Positions 41,743-52,460 are shown, numbered from the stretch's first letter. The stretch is 64,000 bases of DNA from Halarcobacter sp. (GCA_963676565.1 OY781089.1:544001-608000), one strand, 5' to 3'. Numbers and translations: made by a program. Notes: generated by a model not told the origin, from the letters alone.

Positions 41743-42591
41743 TTATTCTTGTATAAAATTGACTTTGAAATTATCTTGATAAGATTTTGGAGTTGTTGCA
41801 ACAATTTTTAAAAAATTTCTATGAAAGTGGCTTTGGTCACTAAAACCACATTCTAAAGCAGTATCAACAATACTTAAACCTTTTTTTAAAAGCTCTTTTG
41901 CCCTATTGATTTTTATATTTAGTAAATAAGCATGGGGAGTCATATTTATATTCGATTTAAAAAGTCTAATTATATAAAAAGGATTTAGATTAAATTGTGA
42001 AGATAATTCTTCAAGGGAAATATTCTCTTTATAATTTTTATTTAAAAAATCTAAAATTTTATCAAAAAGTGGGTCTTCAACTTTTGTTGCTGATTTATTT
42101 AGATGTTTTCCAAAAAGTTTAGTAAAAAAGTTTATAAGCTCATCCTCTTTTTCAATGTAGTCAATATCGCTAAAAATATTCTCACATAAAGTTTTAAATT
42201 TATTATAAAGATTTATATCGTAAATAATATTTTCAGGAAAAGCTTTAAAGGCACTTATTTCCTCACAAATTGAGTTTTGAATACCTGTACACCACTTTTC
42301 ATCTAAATAGAGCATATAATACAAATTTGGAGTTTTTTTTATTGGGTTGCATGAGTGTACTTCATTTGGATTCACTACTGCAATCATCCCTACATCAAAA
42401 TCATATTTTTTATCTTTGTTTGTATATATTGACTTATCTTCTAAATTTATCCCTAAAGAGAAAGTATCATGGATATGCTCTTTATAGTGTTTTGTATTAT
42501 TTGAATATCTGAGTTCCAAAAATGGTAGTTTTTCATGGGTAAATATTTTTGTAAATGTATTATTAGATTTCATTTTTAGATTATAAACCAA
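41743..42591 (-). CDS. AraC-family transcriptional regulator
   Basis: N-terminal cupin (HIH, NPNEVH); C-terminal CGFSDQSHFHR..TP; start may be 42573. Confidence 0.92.
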   Translation of the reverse strand: MVYNLKMKSNNTFTKIFTHEKLPFLELRYSNNTKHYKEHIHDTFSLGINLEDKSIYTNKDKKYDFDVGMIAVVNPNEVHSCNPIKKTPNLYYMLYLDEKWCTGIQNSICEEISAFKAFPENIIYDINLYNKFKTLCENIFSDIDYIEKEDELINFFTKLFGKHLNKSATKVEDPLFDKILDFLNKNYKENISLEELSSQFNLNPFYIIRLFKSNINMTPHAYLLNIKINRAKELLKKGLSIVDTALECGFSDQSHFHRNFLKIVATTPKSYQDNFKVNFIQE

Positions 42592-42646
42592 TAATATAAA
42601 AAAATAGATTATGATAAAATATCAAAATTAATTTTTAGGCATTTAT

Positions 42647-43936
42647 ATGAAAGATAAAAAAATAGGACTTTTTGGCGCTGTTTCAATTGGTGTTGGTGGA
42701 ATGGTTGGAGGTGGTATCTTTGCTGTTTTAGGTGAAGCTGTTTCTTTTGCAAAGGGAGCTACTGTAATAGCTTTTTTATTAGCAGGGATAGTTGCTTTAT
42801 TAACTTCATATTCTTATGCAAAATTTTCTGTAAAGTTTCCAAGCCGTGGTGGAACAGTGGTTTTTGTAGATAATGCTTTCGGTCATAATCTATTATCTGG
42901 AAGTTTAAATTTAGTCTTGTGGATTAGTTATTTAGTTACAATCTCTTTATACTCTATAGCTTTTGCTTCCTATGCTCAAACTTTTTTCCCAACTTTAAAA
43001 GGGTTTTATTTAGAGCATATTTTAATCTCCCTTGCTATTTTAATACCCTCTTTTATAAATGTAGTAAGTGCAACTTTCGTAAGTCGTTCAGAACTTATTG
43101 TAGTTATTATAAAAGTTTTGTTGTTACTTTTAATTATCTTTACTAGTTTTACATATGTGGATAGTTCAAGAGTTGCCATAGAAAACTTTTCTGACCCTTT
43201 TTCTATCTTTGTAGCAGGTATGATTATATTTGTTGCCTATGAAGGCTTTGAGTTAATTGCAAACTCCTCTGAAGAGATTGAAAATCCAGAAAAAAATCTT
43301 CCAAGAGCCTTTTATATATCAGTTGTTTTGGTAATTGTTTTATACCTTTTAATTGCCTATATAACAGTTGGAACTGTGGATGAAAAACAACTACTTGAAG
43401 CAAAGGATTACGCTTTGGCTGTAGCTGCTAAACCTGCTTTAGGAAATATTGGTTTTATCCTTGTAACTATTGCAGCTTTATTGGCAACTTTTTCAGCTAT
43501 AAACGCAACAATCTATGGAAATGCAAGATTAGGTTTTACCTTGGCACGGGATGGTGAGTTACCTAAAAAATTAAATGAACAAAGAAATAATATTCCTTTT
43601 GCAGGGGTTGTCTCAACTGCACTTATTAGTTTGGTTATGGCAAATAGTATTGATATAACCAAAATAGCAATAATTGCAAGTGCAAGTTTTTTACTAATAT
43701 TTACAATAATAAATATAAGTGCTTTGAAGATGTATAAAGAACTAGAGGCAAATAAATATCTTCTTATTTTATCAAGCTTGGTTAGTTTTACGGCACTTTT
43801 TACACTTTTATATAATACCTATGAAAAAAATCTTAATGCATTGATAATATTTTGCTCTTTTCTTTTTTTCTCTATTATATTTGAGTTTTTTTATGGAAAA
43901 ATTGCTAGAAATGATAAGTTTTTAGAATCCAATTAG
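42647..43936 (+). CDS. APC-family amino-acid permease
   Basis: GGMVGGGIF, AYEGFE and RDGELP motifs; about 12 TMs. Confidence 0.88.
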   Translation: MKDKKIGLFGAVSIGVGGMVGGGIFAVLGEAVSFAKGATVIAFLLAGIVALLTSYSYAKFSVKFPSRGGTVVFVDNAFGHNLLSGSLNLVLWISYLVTISLYSIAFASYAQTFFPTLKGFYLEHILISLAILIPSFINVVSATFVSRSELIVVIIKVLLLLLIIFTSFTYVDSSRVAIENFSDPFSIFVAGMIIFVAYEGFELIANSSEEIENPEKNLPRAFYISVVLVIVLYLLIAYITVGTVDEKQLLEAKDYALAVAAKPALGNIGFILVTIAALLATFSAINATIYGNARLGFTLARDGELPKKLNEQRNNIPFAGVVSTALISLVMANSIDITKIAIIASASFLLIFTIINISALKMYKELEANKYLLILSSLVSFTALFTLLYNTYEKNLNALIIFCSFLFFSIIFEFFYGKIARNDKFLESN

Positions 43937-43950
43937 TAGCATATTTTCTA

Positions 43951-46197
43951 CTAATTGAAACTTTTGTGATAATATCTATTTAAATCAAAAAGCCCTGCTC
44001 TATTAGGATTTATCTCATAAAATTTATTTTGAAACCAGTCAAATGTTTCCCAAAAGTTTTTATCACTTCTTCTAATAAAGAATTTTTTCAGATTCTCTTC
44101 ATTTTCATTATAATTTAACAAGATATTGAAAAATTCACTTATTTCATCCTCTTCAACTACAACAAAATAGTTTGGATAAGAGCCAATAAAACCTTCAATT
44201 ATGTTAATATTGTCTTTATTTTTATCTAATCTTTCATCCTCTTCAAACATAAAAGCAACATTATCATGCCATCTATTTATTACAGCAGTATAAATTAAGT
44301 CTTGTGTTTTTAGTTTAAATCGTATATAAAAAAGATTGAAATTTGTACTTGAGAACTCTTTATATTTTTTTAGATTGTCAACTAAAGTTAGTTTTTTCAA
44401 AGCTTGTTCAATATCTTTTTTATTTGAGTATTTGTCTAAAATAGGAGTTTCTAGATACTTTTCTTCAATAAAATTGATTTTATCTTTTTTTGTATTTGTT
44501 CTTTTTAAAATTTTTTCTATAAACTCTTCTTTGTAGTTTTTTGTTTCATATTTTATTGCAGTTTCATTCGATGATGGTGTGTATGTTACAAAATATTTTG
44601 CAAGAAAACCTTGGTACCAACTATCAAAAATCTCTTTTCTTGAGTTTTTAGGAAGATATTCTAAAAAGTTACTCTCACCTTCTATTCGAAGTCTATCCAT
44701 ATATTTTCTAACTAAAACTTTATGTTGAGTATTTCCAAAAACATCAAAACCTGCAACAAGTGAATAATATAACCTTTCAAGTAGTGGATAATCAATTATC
44801 CACATAGTCCTAGGCATATTTCCCAAGGCTCCCTTGTGAACAGAAGCTGAGTCAAAATGTCTATAAATAGTTAAAATTGCATCATTATCTTCTTTATTTA
44901 CATCATTTCCTTTCCAAATAGAGTCAAGATCTAGAGTTTTATTTTTGTAAATTTTGTTCTTATTTTCATAATATTCAATTGTTTCATTATCATATTTAAT
45001 AAAATTAAAACTTTTTACTAATGGAGTATTAGCACCATATTTATTTGGTAAGTTTAGATTTGAAGAATTCTCTTTTAAAAATTTTTTATTTAAAATTGTT
45101 TCATCATATTTTGGGTCTTTAAAGGCAATCCAAAAGTGATCATTTATCACATTTAATGCAATTTGTCCTTTGCAAACAGGTCCTCTAATAAAGGTCATTA
45201 TAAAGTAGTGAATATCATCAAGCAAAAATTGATATCTTGATTCTGCAGGGATTTGATTAAATGCAATTAGAGCATTTGAAGCAATTTTTGGTTCATAACT
45301 AATATTTTGTGTGGGGAACCATTTTTTATCTATAAATAACTCTTTATATCTTTTTATTTTCTTATCATCAATTTCATAAACCATATGGGTTTTATGAACT
45401 ATTGTAGAGCTAATCTTTCTAAAATTATAATAAAATTTTTTCTTAGGATCATCGTATGGAAGTCTTGTACTTACAGGTATTTTCCCTTCTTTATCATAGC
45501 TTCTTTGAATTTGATAAAAACCATCAGAAGAGCTAAATTTTATATGGGCTAAAAAAAGATGTTCATAGATATATCTTGCAGAGATTTTATGTTTCATATC
45601 TTTTCTATTTAGAAACTCTTCAAGTTCTTTTAGTTGTTTAGGGTATTCTAAATCTTTTTTTCTATCATCTAATGAACCATCTTTTAACCATTTTGTTATT
45701 ATCTTATGCTCTTTTTTTGACAAAGCTGGAAATCCATAGGGCATTCCATGGTAAGGATTTTCTTCAAGATATTTTTCTAATTCATCCAAGTCCTTTGGGC
45801 AAGTCAAATCATCAAGTTCTGGGGCATAATCACCTTTGCTAATTGGAAGTTTTTGTTTTTGTTCTAAAAAAAGGCTCATAATACTAGTATTATTTTCATC
45901 AAGTGGTTTAGTAATAGAATAAAAACCCTTATCTCTCCACTCTTTTTCATCTAGTGCATCAACAAATAATCTTGTTGGCTCAATTGGTTCTATCCTATTT
46001 TCATAAATTGCAGTTTTAGTTCCACCTCTTTTAATTCCTTCAAATGAACTAAATTTCGTTTGGCAAGGTGAGTTATAACAAGAGTGGCATACAACACATC
46101 TATTATCTAAAATAGGTTTTACATCATTTTCAAATGATATTGGTTTAGCATATAAAAATAAACTAAATAGAAAAAATACAAGTATTCTATAAATCAT
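43951..46197 (-). CDS. cti: Fatty acid cis/trans isomerase
   Basis: Signal peptide; heme motif RCVVCHSCY; YIYEHLFLAH, FIRGPVC.GQ.ALNVI, FDLNRY. Confidence 0.9.
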   Translation of the reverse strand: MIYRILVFFLFSLFLYAKPISFENDVKPILDNRCVVCHSCYNSPCQTKFSSFEGIKRGGTKTAIYENRIEPIEPTRLFVDALDEKEWRDKGFYSITKPLDENNTSIMSLFLEQKQKLPISKGDYAPELDDLTCPKDLDELEKYLEENPYHGMPYGFPALSKKEHKIITKWLKDGSLDDRKKDLEYPKQLKELEEFLNRKDMKHKISARYIYEHLFLAHIKFSSSDGFYQIQRSYDKEGKIPVSTRLPYDDPKKKFYYNFRKISSTIVHKTHMVYEIDDKKIKRYKELFIDKKWFPTQNISYEPKIASNALIAFNQIPAESRYQFLLDDIHYFIMTFIRGPVCKGQIALNVINDHFWIAFKDPKYDETILNKKFLKENSSNLNLPNKYGANTPLVKSFNFIKYDNETIEYYENKNKIYKNKTLDLDSIWKGNDVNKEDNDAILTIYRHFDSASVHKGALGNMPRTMWIIDYPLLERLYYSLVAGFDVFGNTQHKVLVRKYMDRLRIEGESNFLEYLPKNSRKEIFDSWYQGFLAKYFVTYTPSSNETAIKYETKNYKEEFIEKILKRTNTKKDKINFIEEKYLETPILDKYSNKKDIEQALKKLTLVDNLKKYKEFSSTNFNLFYIRFKLKTQDLIYTAVINRWHDNVAFMFEEDERLDKNKDNINIIEGFIGSYPNYFVVVEEDEISEFFNILLNYNENEENLKKFFIRRSDKNFWETFDWFQNKFYEINPNRAGLFDLNRYYHKSFN

Positions 46198-46239
46198 TAA
46201 TAGTCCTTCAAAGTAATACTTGATTATATCATAGAAATA

Positions 46240-46632
46240 TTATGCTAAAGGGTCTTCTCCTGTAGCCCATTTATCTAGGTATTTTTCTATTAAATGAAAA
46301 TCTTCCCCTGTATGTTGTGTAAAAGTAATATATTGGTTTCTATTATCAACTTTGAATATTTCATTTACAATTGCCATATATCTTAACGCTAATTCTCTTC
46401 TTTGTTGAATTGTTCGCCCTTCCCTAATATCTAAGTTCATTAAACAAATATCATCATTTGGATTTGCTCGCCCTATTGTAAGATTATATTTTTCATACTC
46501 TCTAATACTTATTGCTATATGGTCAGTTCCTGTATCCATAATTTCAGAAAAGGTTTTTCTTATCTCTTTAACAAAATTTTCTTTTGTCTCTTGTGATAGT
46601 TTTTTATTTACTTCGAATTGCAAGTGGGGCAT
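46240..46632 (-). CDS. Tautomerase-superfamily protein
   Basis: N-terminal catalytic Pro (MPH), two beta-alpha-beta units, GRT..QR. Confidence 0.75.
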   Translation of the reverse strand: MPHLQFEVNKKLSQETKENFVKEIRKTFSEIMDTGTDHIAISIREYEKYNLTIGRANPNDDICLMNLDIREGRTIQQRRELALRYMAIVNEIFKVDNRNQYITFTQHTGEDFHLIEKYLDKWATGEDPLA

Positions 46633-46810
46633 AAAAACTCCTTTTTTAAATCATCTTATAATTATTCTAAAAATTATTTGAATAATTAATTTAAATCAAT
46701 ATTTTTTGTTAAATTTAAGAATATACTGAAAAATGTCTCATTTTTTCATGAATATTAATTCATAACGGTATATAATTTGCATTAGATTTAATAAAATTTT
46801 AGGATAAATA

Positions 46811-47146
46811 ATGAATTTAGAACTGAACCAAACAAGTCAATTATTAGAAATAGCAAAAACGAGTACTTGCCCAATCGAACTTGAAAAACTACACGATTGT
46901 AGTAGTATGAATGTAAGAAGAGCAGTAGCAAGAAATACAAATATTACCACTGAAATTGCAAACAAATTAGTAAATGATCCAGTTTTAAATGTAAGTTTTA
47001 TGGCCTCAAAAAATCCAAAGGCTAGTATAAAAAAAGATTTTGATGAAAATAGTTTAAATCATTGTGTTTTATGTGAAGAGGATGAAAGAAATATGAATTG
47101 TTCACAATGCTATGAAGCAAATAATTGGACTTTGTTAAATAGTTAA
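46811..47146 (+). CDS. Hypothetical protein with LRV/HEAT-like repeats and C-terminal CxxC..CxxC
   Basis: AGGA RBS; VRRAVARN; CVLC and CSQC. Confidence 0.6.
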   Translation: MNLELNQTSQLLEIAKTSTCPIELEKLHDCSSMNVRRAVARNTNITTEIANKLVNDPVLNVSFMASKNPKASIKKDFDENSLNHCVLCEEDERNMNCSQCYEANNWTLLNS

Positions 47147-48003
47147 TTTTTTTCTTTTAAACTTATAAAAATACCACCTAAAACTAATATAGTTGAAACA
47201 ATTAAACTTATAGTTAATTTTTCATCTAAAAAAAGTATGCTTATAAAAATTGATATAACAGGTACAAGAAGTTGTAGAACGCTTGCTGTTACTATTTTTA
47301 AATCTTTTAAAACAAAATACCAAATAGAATAACCTAAACCAGAAGCAATAGCACCCGATAAAAATGCCCAAAATAAACCAGTTGATGTAATGTTTAAATC
47401 ATCAATAAAAAGTAAAACAAAGAAAATAGTGATAATAAATGCTTTAAAAAAATTGTTTGAAGTATCTTTTATGGCATTCGTACTACTTCTACCTAACAAG
47501 GTATAAAAAGCCCAAGCAAATCCTGCTATTACCATTAAAATAAAATGAAAGATTGAGATTGAAAAATCTTTACTTGGATAGAGTAAAAAAAACAATCCAC
47601 CTAAAGCTAAAGTGATTCCTAGTAGTTTTTTTAATCCGAATCTCTCTTTTTTTATAAAAGCAAAAAGTACCATTGTTATTTGAACAACTGCAAATAAAAC
47701 TAAAGCCCCAATACCTGCATCTAAACTAATATATGAAAATGAAAAACAAATTGCATATAAAAAAAGAAAAAATCCATTTAACCAATTGCTTTTTAAATCT
47801 AAGGTGTTTTTTTTATTTATAAAAAGAGATATTAAAAATAGTGTAATAACTCCAAAAAAAAGTCTAAAAAAACTAAAAGAATAAGGGTCTATAGAGTTAT
47901 TTTGTAAAGCAGCCTTACAAAATATTGAATTCAATGAGAAAAAAAGTATTGTTAAAGTGCTAAGTAAAAAAAGGTTTTGATTAACTAATTTTTTTACTAA
48001 CAC
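47143..48003 (-). CDS. DMT/EamA-family transporter
   Basis: About 10 TMs in two repeats; ASGLGYSIW; L.EKLT. Confidence 0.88.
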   Translation of the reverse strand: MLVKKLVNQNLFLLSTLTILFFSLNSIFCKAALQNNSIDPYSFSFFRLFFGVITLFLISLFINKKNTLDLKSNWLNGFFLFLYAICFSFSYISLDAGIGALVLFAVVQITMVLFAFIKKERFGLKKLLGITLALGGLFFLLYPSKDFSISIFHFILMVIAGFAWAFYTLLGRSSTNAIKDTSNNFFKAFIITIFFVLLFIDDLNITSTGLFWAFLSGAIASGLGYSIWYFVLKDLKIVTASVLQLLVPVISIFISILFLDEKLTISLIVSTILVLGGIFISLKEKN

Positions 48004-48012
48004 AATATTAAC

Positions 48013-49038
48013 TTAGTGTTTAAACTCTGGATTTTTTTTGAAATATTCTTCCACTTTGTCAGTATGGGCATAAATTTTTCCAGTCCTTTTTAAATAAGAG
48101 TTCACAATATGGTAACCATGATTAAGTGCAGTTACAATTGAACCACCAGTATTAAATGCAATATCTCCTGCAACATACATACCTTTTACATTTGTTCTGT
48201 AGTGCTCATCATATATTGGTTTTCCTTTATCATCAGTTTGGATACCAACTTTTTTAAGAAAATCAACGGGTGATGTTCCACCAATTGCATAGATAATTCT
48301 ATCATATATTGTGTAGTAACCATCATTAAAATTAACTTTTACTTTTCCATGTTCATTTTCCAAAGATTCAATATCTGTACCTAACCTTAGTCTTAATTTC
48401 TCTTGACCATTGTATTGATACAAAATATCTTCATTTTCAGGATTAAGTCTTGTAAATTCATCTTTTCTGTAAACTAAAGTTATGGTGTTGTTTTCATCAG
48501 CTAACTCATAGGCATACTCTGCTGCACTATTCCCCCCTCCAACAACAAGTATTTTTTCCCCTTCACTACATTTATCTAAATTAAAATTTACAAACTCTTT
48601 TATTGAAGGTGGTATTCTATAACTTGGTTTATTTGGTTTTCCCATTTTTCCAATTGTTATTACTACAGCTTTTGCTTTAAATCCTTGAGTAGCCGTTGAA
48701 ATTTGAAAAATTCCATCTTCATCTTTTTGTATGTTTTCTACCTCTGTATTAAATGCTGTGTCGATTTTTTCATAATCCAAAAGTTGGTCAAAAAAGTTTA
48801 GAGTTGTCTCTTTTGTTCCATCCATAAATGGAATATTACCTTCAATCTCTACTGTTTGACCCTTCCAATCTTTATCAACTCGTTTATTATCTTTATAAAA
48901 TTTTCTAATAGTACTTGAGTGATTATCTGCCTTGTCAATTAGTAGTATTCTCTCTACTCCATGTACCGCTGCTTCCACTGCAGTACCTATACCTCCAGGC
49001 CCTCCACCAATAATGGCAATATCATAAGTTGTATTCAT
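48013..49038 (-). CDS. fqrB: TrxB-fold NAD(P)H/FAD oxidoreductase, FqrB (flavodoxin:quinone reductase)-like
   Basis: GGGPGG, KFYK..KRVDKD, GGGNSAAE, VAGD; no CxxC; N-terminus recalled as close to Helicobacter FqrB. Confidence 0.7.
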   Translation of the reverse strand: MNTTYDIAIIGGGPGGIGTAVEAAVHGVERILLIDKADNHSSTIRKFYKDNKRVDKDWKGQTVEIEGNIPFMDGTKETTLNFFDQLLDYEKIDTAFNTEVENIQKDEDGIFQISTATQGFKAKAVVITIGKMGKPNKPSYRIPPSIKEFVNFNLDKCSEGEKILVVGGGNSAAEYAYELADENNTITLVYRKDEFTRLNPENEDILYQYNGQEKLRLRLGTDIESLENEHGKVKVNFNDGYYTIYDRIIYAIGGTSPVDFLKKVGIQTDDKGKPIYDEHYRTNVKGMYVAGDIAFNTGGSIVTALNHGYHIVNSYLKRTGKIYAHTDKVEEYFKKNPEFKH

Positions 49039-49205
49039 CAGTCTTTCCCCAAAGTGTGAATTTTGACAACTATTATACTATAAACTATTCTTATAAAAAG
49101 GTTTTAAAAATTTATTAAGATATTTATCTAAATTATGTAAGTAAAATTATGATAAAATGGCACTTTTAACAAAAATGGATTTAATATTAAAAGGATAAGA
49201 ATATA

Positions 49206-49583
49206 ATGAAATATGGTGAAAAAGAGATTGTTGAATTTGACATCAACAATGAAGAAAACTTCTGGCCAAATAAAAATGAAAAAAACTATGTAATAAAAAT
49301 CGAGTTACCAGAGTTTATGGCAAAATGTCCAAGAAGTGGATACCCAGATTTTGCAACAATTTATTTAGAATATACACCAGATAAATTAGTTATAGAATTA
49401 AAAGCATTGAAAATCTATATCAACTCGTTTATGCTTAGAGAAGTTTCTCATGAAAATAGTGCAAATGAAATCTTTGATACACTTTATGAAAAATTACAAC
49501 CAAAATGGATGAAAGTTGTAGCAGACTTCAAACCACGTGGAAACGTACACACTGTTATAGAAATAGACAGCGACAAAATGTAA
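49206..49583 (+). CDS. queF: NADPH-dependent preQ0 reductase
   Basis: PEF..KCPRSGYPDFA, ELKALK.Y, SHE, PRG. Confidence 0.93.
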   Translation: MKYGEKEIVEFDINNEENFWPNKNEKNYVIKIELPEFMAKCPRSGYPDFATIYLEYTPDKLVIELKALKIYINSFMLREVSHENSANEIFDTLYEKLQPKWMKVVADFKPRGNVHTVIEIDSDKM

Positions 49584-49591
49584 GGCATATT

Positions 49592-50239
49592 TTGGAGAGA
49601 TTAGTTACTACAGCACAAGCTGCTGAAATATTAGGGATTTCTCTCCAAGGTGTACATTATAGAATTAAAAAAAACCAATTAAAATCTATCAAAAAGTCGG
49701 GTAAGACTTATGTCTATATAAACGATACCAAAAAAATCTCTCCAACTGTTACAAACTCTGAAGAAGAACCAAAAGTTGAAATGATTACTTTTAAAGAAAC
49801 TATAAAAGAAGTAGTTAAAGCAAAAGATGAACAGATTTTATTATTGAAAAAATCTATTAAATGGATGAGAAAACAGCATGGGGCAGAGATTTTAAGATTA
49901 GAAAATAATCAAAAAAGAATTATTGGTGTTTTTAATAGGGAGATTGAACTTTTGCAAAGTGCTTTTAATGAGATGCGTTCAATATATAAACCCCAACTTT
50001 TAAACCAGCAAGAAAACAAAGAAAAAACTCAAGAGAAAACTAAAGAAAGTTTTAACGAAAAAGAAAAGTTTATCTCTATTGTTGATTTTACTTTATATCT
50101 AAAAAGACACAATAAAAGTGAAAGAGAGATAAAACTTATAATAATGAAAGCTATTGAACGAAAAGATTCAAGATTTATCTTTAATAAAAAAGATAAAAAA
50201 CTTTTGATCTTAAATGAAGACTTTTCCGATTTAATATAG
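49592..50239 (+). CDS. HTH DNA-binding protein with coiled coil
   Basis: TTG start after AAGG; TTAQAAEILGISLQGVHYRIK excisionase/MerR-like HTH; AKDEQI..LK coiled coil. Confidence 0.7.
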   Translation: MERLVTTAQAAEILGISLQGVHYRIKKNQLKSIKKSGKTYVYINDTKKISPTVTNSEEEPKVEMITFKETIKEVVKAKDEQILLLKKSIKWMRKQHGAEILRLENNQKRIIGVFNREIELLQSAFNEMRSIYKPQLLNQQENKEKTQEKTKESFNEKEKFISIVDFTLYLKRHNKSEREIKLIIMKAIERKDSRFIFNKKDKKLLILNEDFSDLI

Positions 50240-50419
50240 TAAATGCCACGTTTATATCATTTTGATTTTTTATACTTCGTTTATATAAAGTAAATATTTA
50301 TCTTAAGAGCGTATGTAATTTCACTTTTCATGTACTCTCCTTTTCCCCCTCATACATTTTTTGATAAATATTTAACTTTATTTGGTTATCATTCAGAAAA
50401 TTCAAGGCAGTGATTACCT

Positions 50420-51772
50420 ATGACAACTAAATCAAAACATCTTTTAACTGATGATATCCCATCACTTTTAAAACAAATAGCAATCCCTGCAAGTACAGGA
50501 ATGTTTTTTAATACAATGTATAATGTAGTTGATACATTTTACGCTGGACTTATTTCAACCCAAGCAATCTCAGCCTTATCTTTATCTTTTATGATATTTT
50601 TTACTATTATTGGACTTGGATATGGATTCTCTTCAGCAATTACTGCTTTAATAGGAAATGCATCAGGAAAAAGTAAAAAGTTTTTAGCCTCATTATATGC
50701 CCATAAAGGGATATTTTTTATGCAAATTTTAGCAGTAGCCCTAACTATTATAGGGTTTATAATATCTCCTTATTTATTTGAGATATTAGGGGCTAGTGGT
50801 GAGTATTTAGAAACCTCATTAAACTATATAAATGTAATACTTGCAGGAACAGTTTTCTTTATGACAAATTTTGCATTAAATGCGATTTTAGTTTCACAAG
50901 GGGATACAAAGTCTTATAGAAATACATTGATTTTTGGTTTCTTTGCAAATTTAATTTTAAATCCACTTTTTATCTATGGCTTTTGGTTTATCCCTGCAAT
51001 GGGAATTTCAGGAATTGCCTTTGCAACAGTATTAATCCAAGTTTTAAACAATATTTATATGCTAAAAAAGGTTTTAGAAACAAAACTTATTCATTTTGAA
51101 AATTTAAAATACTTCTATCCCCATTTAAAAATCTACAAAGATTTTATAATTCAAGGTATTCCATCTTCAATGAATATGCTTATTATGGCAATTGGTTCTA
51201 TCATTTTGATGTATTTTGTAACTTTATATGGAGTTAAAGCAGTTGCTGGATATGGAATAGGGTTTAGGGTTGAACAACTTATGCTTTTACCTGCCCTTGG
51301 GCTTAGTTCTGCTGTTTTGTCTATCATATCAAACAATTATGGTGCAAAAAAGTATGATAGGGTTCAAGATACTTTAAATACAGCATTAAAGTATGGTTTT
51401 TATATTTCAACTTTTGGGATTATCTTTTTATATATATTTGGGAAACTAATCATTTCACAATTTGATTCAGATGCAGAGGTTATTAGATATGGTCTTGATT
51501 ATTTACTTGTTGAAGTTTGGATATTTTATGCTTATGTAATTTTATTTATTTGTGTTTCAACTTTACAAGCTATAAAAAAACCTAAAATGATTTTGTATAT
51601 TGCTTTATATAGACAGATTATTGCAAAATATTTAGTTGCTTATATCTTAGTAGTATGGCTTGCTTTGGACTATTTTTATCTATGGTTTGGGGTTTTAGTT
51701 ATGATTTATTCTGCTGCTATATTTGCTTACTTTTATACTCAAAATCTACTAAAAAAAGTACATGTCAAATAA
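50420..51772 (+). CDS. MATE-family efflux transporter
   Basis: YNVVDTFY, NLILNPLFI, G.SG.A.AT and NYGAK motifs; 12 TMs. Confidence 0.92.
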   Translation: MTTKSKHLLTDDIPSLLKQIAIPASTGMFFNTMYNVVDTFYAGLISTQAISALSLSFMIFFTIIGLGYGFSSAITALIGNASGKSKKFLASLYAHKGIFFMQILAVALTIIGFIISPYLFEILGASGEYLETSLNYINVILAGTVFFMTNFALNAILVSQGDTKSYRNTLIFGFFANLILNPLFIYGFWFIPAMGISGIAFATVLIQVLNNIYMLKKVLETKLIHFENLKYFYPHLKIYKDFIIQGIPSSMNMLIMAIGSIILMYFVTLYGVKAVAGYGIGFRVEQLMLLPALGLSSAVLSIISNNYGAKKYDRVQDTLNTALKYGFYISTFGIIFLYIFGKLIISQFDSDAEVIRYGLDYLLVEVWIFYAYVILFICVSTLQAIKKPKMILYIALYRQIIAKYLVAYILVVWLALDYFYLWFGVLVMIYSAAIFAYFYTQNLLKKVHVK

Positions 51773-52460
51773 AAACCTTATTTATATACAACTCATTTAG
51801 TGCAGGGGCTAACAAGTTTTTAGCCTCTTTAAAATCTATATCATTTTCTTTACAAAGTTGTTTTAGGATTTTTCCAATAGTTTGTTTAGTATCAACTCTT
51901 TTAAACAATTCAAAAATTAATTGATTTATCTCTCTATATACTACATCATCAGCTTTAAAATCATAATAAATTACTAAGAAATTGTCTCTTTTTTCTTGAA
52001 TGTTTTTATTAATAATATCATATGTAAAAGCTCTAAATTTAGCACTTTTAGAAAGTTTATATCTATTTTTATAAGAAAAATTTCCTTTATTATAGATTTT
52101 GTACTCTTTCATAAAAAGTTCAATCTCTATCCAATCATAATACATAAGTTCATACAAATATTTTTTATTTTTAAAAGCTTTTATTCTCTTAACAAATTTT
52201 TTAAAATCTTTAGGAATTTTCCAAATAAAAGGAGAATAGGGGGTGTTTTTCATAAACTTATTGATTAATTCAATTAAGGTTTTTTGATTAATATTTTCTA
52301 TTAAAAGGGGGAATGAGTTCTTTATAACCTCTTCATACCTTGTGAAGACAAGTTTTTGATAAACTTCTATATTTGTGTTTTCATAACCTTTTTCTTGTTT
52401 TACTAAAATGTCAAAGAATCTATTTTGAATATCTTTTTCTAAACTATTATTTTTTGGCAT
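51765..52460 (-). CDS. DUF2063 (HvfC/BufC-like) RiPP maturation partner
   Basis: VYQKLV....E.....FP and ELMYYDWIEIEL; immediately downstream of DUF692. Confidence 0.8.
   Translation of the reverse strand: MPKNNSLEKDIQNRFFDILVKQEKGYENTNIEVYQKLVFTRYEEVIKNSFPLLIENINQKTLIELINKFMKNTPYSPFIWKIPKDFKKFVKRIKAFKNKKYLYELMYYDWIEIELFMKEYKIYNKGNFSYKNRYKLSKSAKFRAFTYDIINKNIQEKRDNFLVIYYDFKADDVVYREINQLIFELFKRVDTKQTIGKILKQLCKENDIDFKEAKNLLAPALNELYINKVFI

Noticed and set aside
49140..49205. preQ1 riboswitch upstream of queF
   Set aside because: No recognisable P1 stem or conserved loop
49505..49591. N-terminal extension of the HTH ORF overlapping queF (similar over-long starts at 17112, 31529, 38543 and 54255)
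   Set aside because: Downstream starts fit the domain boundaries and, in most cases, an RBS better
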